A stretch of DNA of 63,948 nucleotides, counting the filler, from Kipferlia bialata (lineage: Eukaryota): NCBI GenBank assembly GCA_003568945.1. It is 5 parts of 5 records of this genome, joined end to end, with 100 filler letters (N's around TTAATTAATTAA, not from the genome) between each part and the next. Parts side by side here need not be neighbours in the genome. Positions count along the whole stretch, not along the records: positions 61,558 to 63,948 come from BDIP01000348.1; 4 more parts are not named here. One strand, 5' to 3'. Positions 63,416 to 63,948 of the stretch are shown piece after piece. Both the position numbers and the translations under genes were made by a program. The first letter of the stretch is position 1, and the number at the start of each line of letters is the position of its first letter. The notes under the pieces were generated by a model. That model saw nothing but the letters and a program-made list of their open reading frames with translations, did not search any database and was not told the origin of the DNA.

Positions 63416-63790
63416 TAAGATGTACTCTGACCACTGGGCAACAGAGACCAGGCAAGGCTGAGGTTGAGTATATATATATATAGAGAGAGGGGGGGGGAGG
63501 AGAGAGAGAGAGAGTAAGATGGGCTCTGCCCACTGTGCAACAGAGAACAGGGAAAGCTAGGGTGATTAGGTATGCATATATGTACACATATAGAGACAGT
63601 GCCAAGGTATATCATAGTATTATGGAGTAGCATTATACTATTATACTATTATACTATTATACTATTATACTATTATACTATTATACTAATATACTATTAT
63701 GACTACATACATACCTTCCCATACTGCCATCCACACTGGCCCTCTCCCTCTCCCTCCCGCCCTCGGTGGCAGGGCCACGGGGGGTGGTGC
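62647..63790 (-). CDS. 3' exons of a coiled-coil hypothetical protein
   Basis: Terminal exon ...EALQAETLSKAERERES...LADMQEVVRAIDRLTERMRK-TAG, plus upstream exons with CTCAC/CTGAC-fused acceptors. Confidence 0.6.
63632..63700. repeat. 8-bp tandem repeat (ATTATACT)n, ~8 copies, intronic
   Basis: Read directly. Confidence 0.9.
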
Positions 63791-63799
63791 CTATGGTCA

Positions 63800-63830
<31 letters not shown>

Positions 63831-63892
63831 GTGTCCTCGCCACGGGAGGTGGTGCCTGGGGTGAGTATAAATTCAAGTATATGTACGTAAAT

Positions 63893-63948
<56 letters not shown>

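Noticed and set aside
63324..63560. Echo trio as further evidence for synonymous bias
   Set aside because: The echoes are real, but the frame is uncertain and several differences are replacements. It is a partial counter-example and is not counted as support.

Overview
The window is eukaryotic, intron-dense protist DNA. It holds five unrelated contigs joined by artificial 100-nt N/TTAATTAATTAA/N linkers: 1-25578, 25679-40507, 40608-55634, 55735-61457 and 61558-63948. Three traits suggest a metamonad such as the free-living fornicate Kipferlia (inference, not checked): short GT-AG introns with a branch motif (CTGAC/CTAAC/CTCAC) fused to a CCCCAG/CCTAG acceptor, (TA)n/(GA)n microsatellites, and ERERE-rich proteins. 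Most entries in the ORF track are exon fragments or antisense shadows. Spliced genes I can recognise are DNA polymerase alpha catalytic subunit, an LRR protein with a long acidic tail, a BPI/LBP C-terminal domain, an SLC4 anion transporter, an ERCC6L/PICH-like SNF2 ATPase, an alpha-arrestin, Sec61-beta, axonemal dynein light chain p28 (partial), a TPR-like/LRR protein and V-ATPase subunit B (partial), plus several hypothetical or coiled-coil genes. The main unexplained signal is more than 20 'exon-edge echoes'. These are intronic tandem copies, roughly 70-140 bp apart, of the last or first ~20-50 nt of the neighbouring exon together with its splice site. In most cases read codon by codon they differ from the real exon mainly by synonymous changes, which is not expected of dead intronic duplicates. 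Gene models were spliced by eye, so boundaries of hypothetical genes are approximate.
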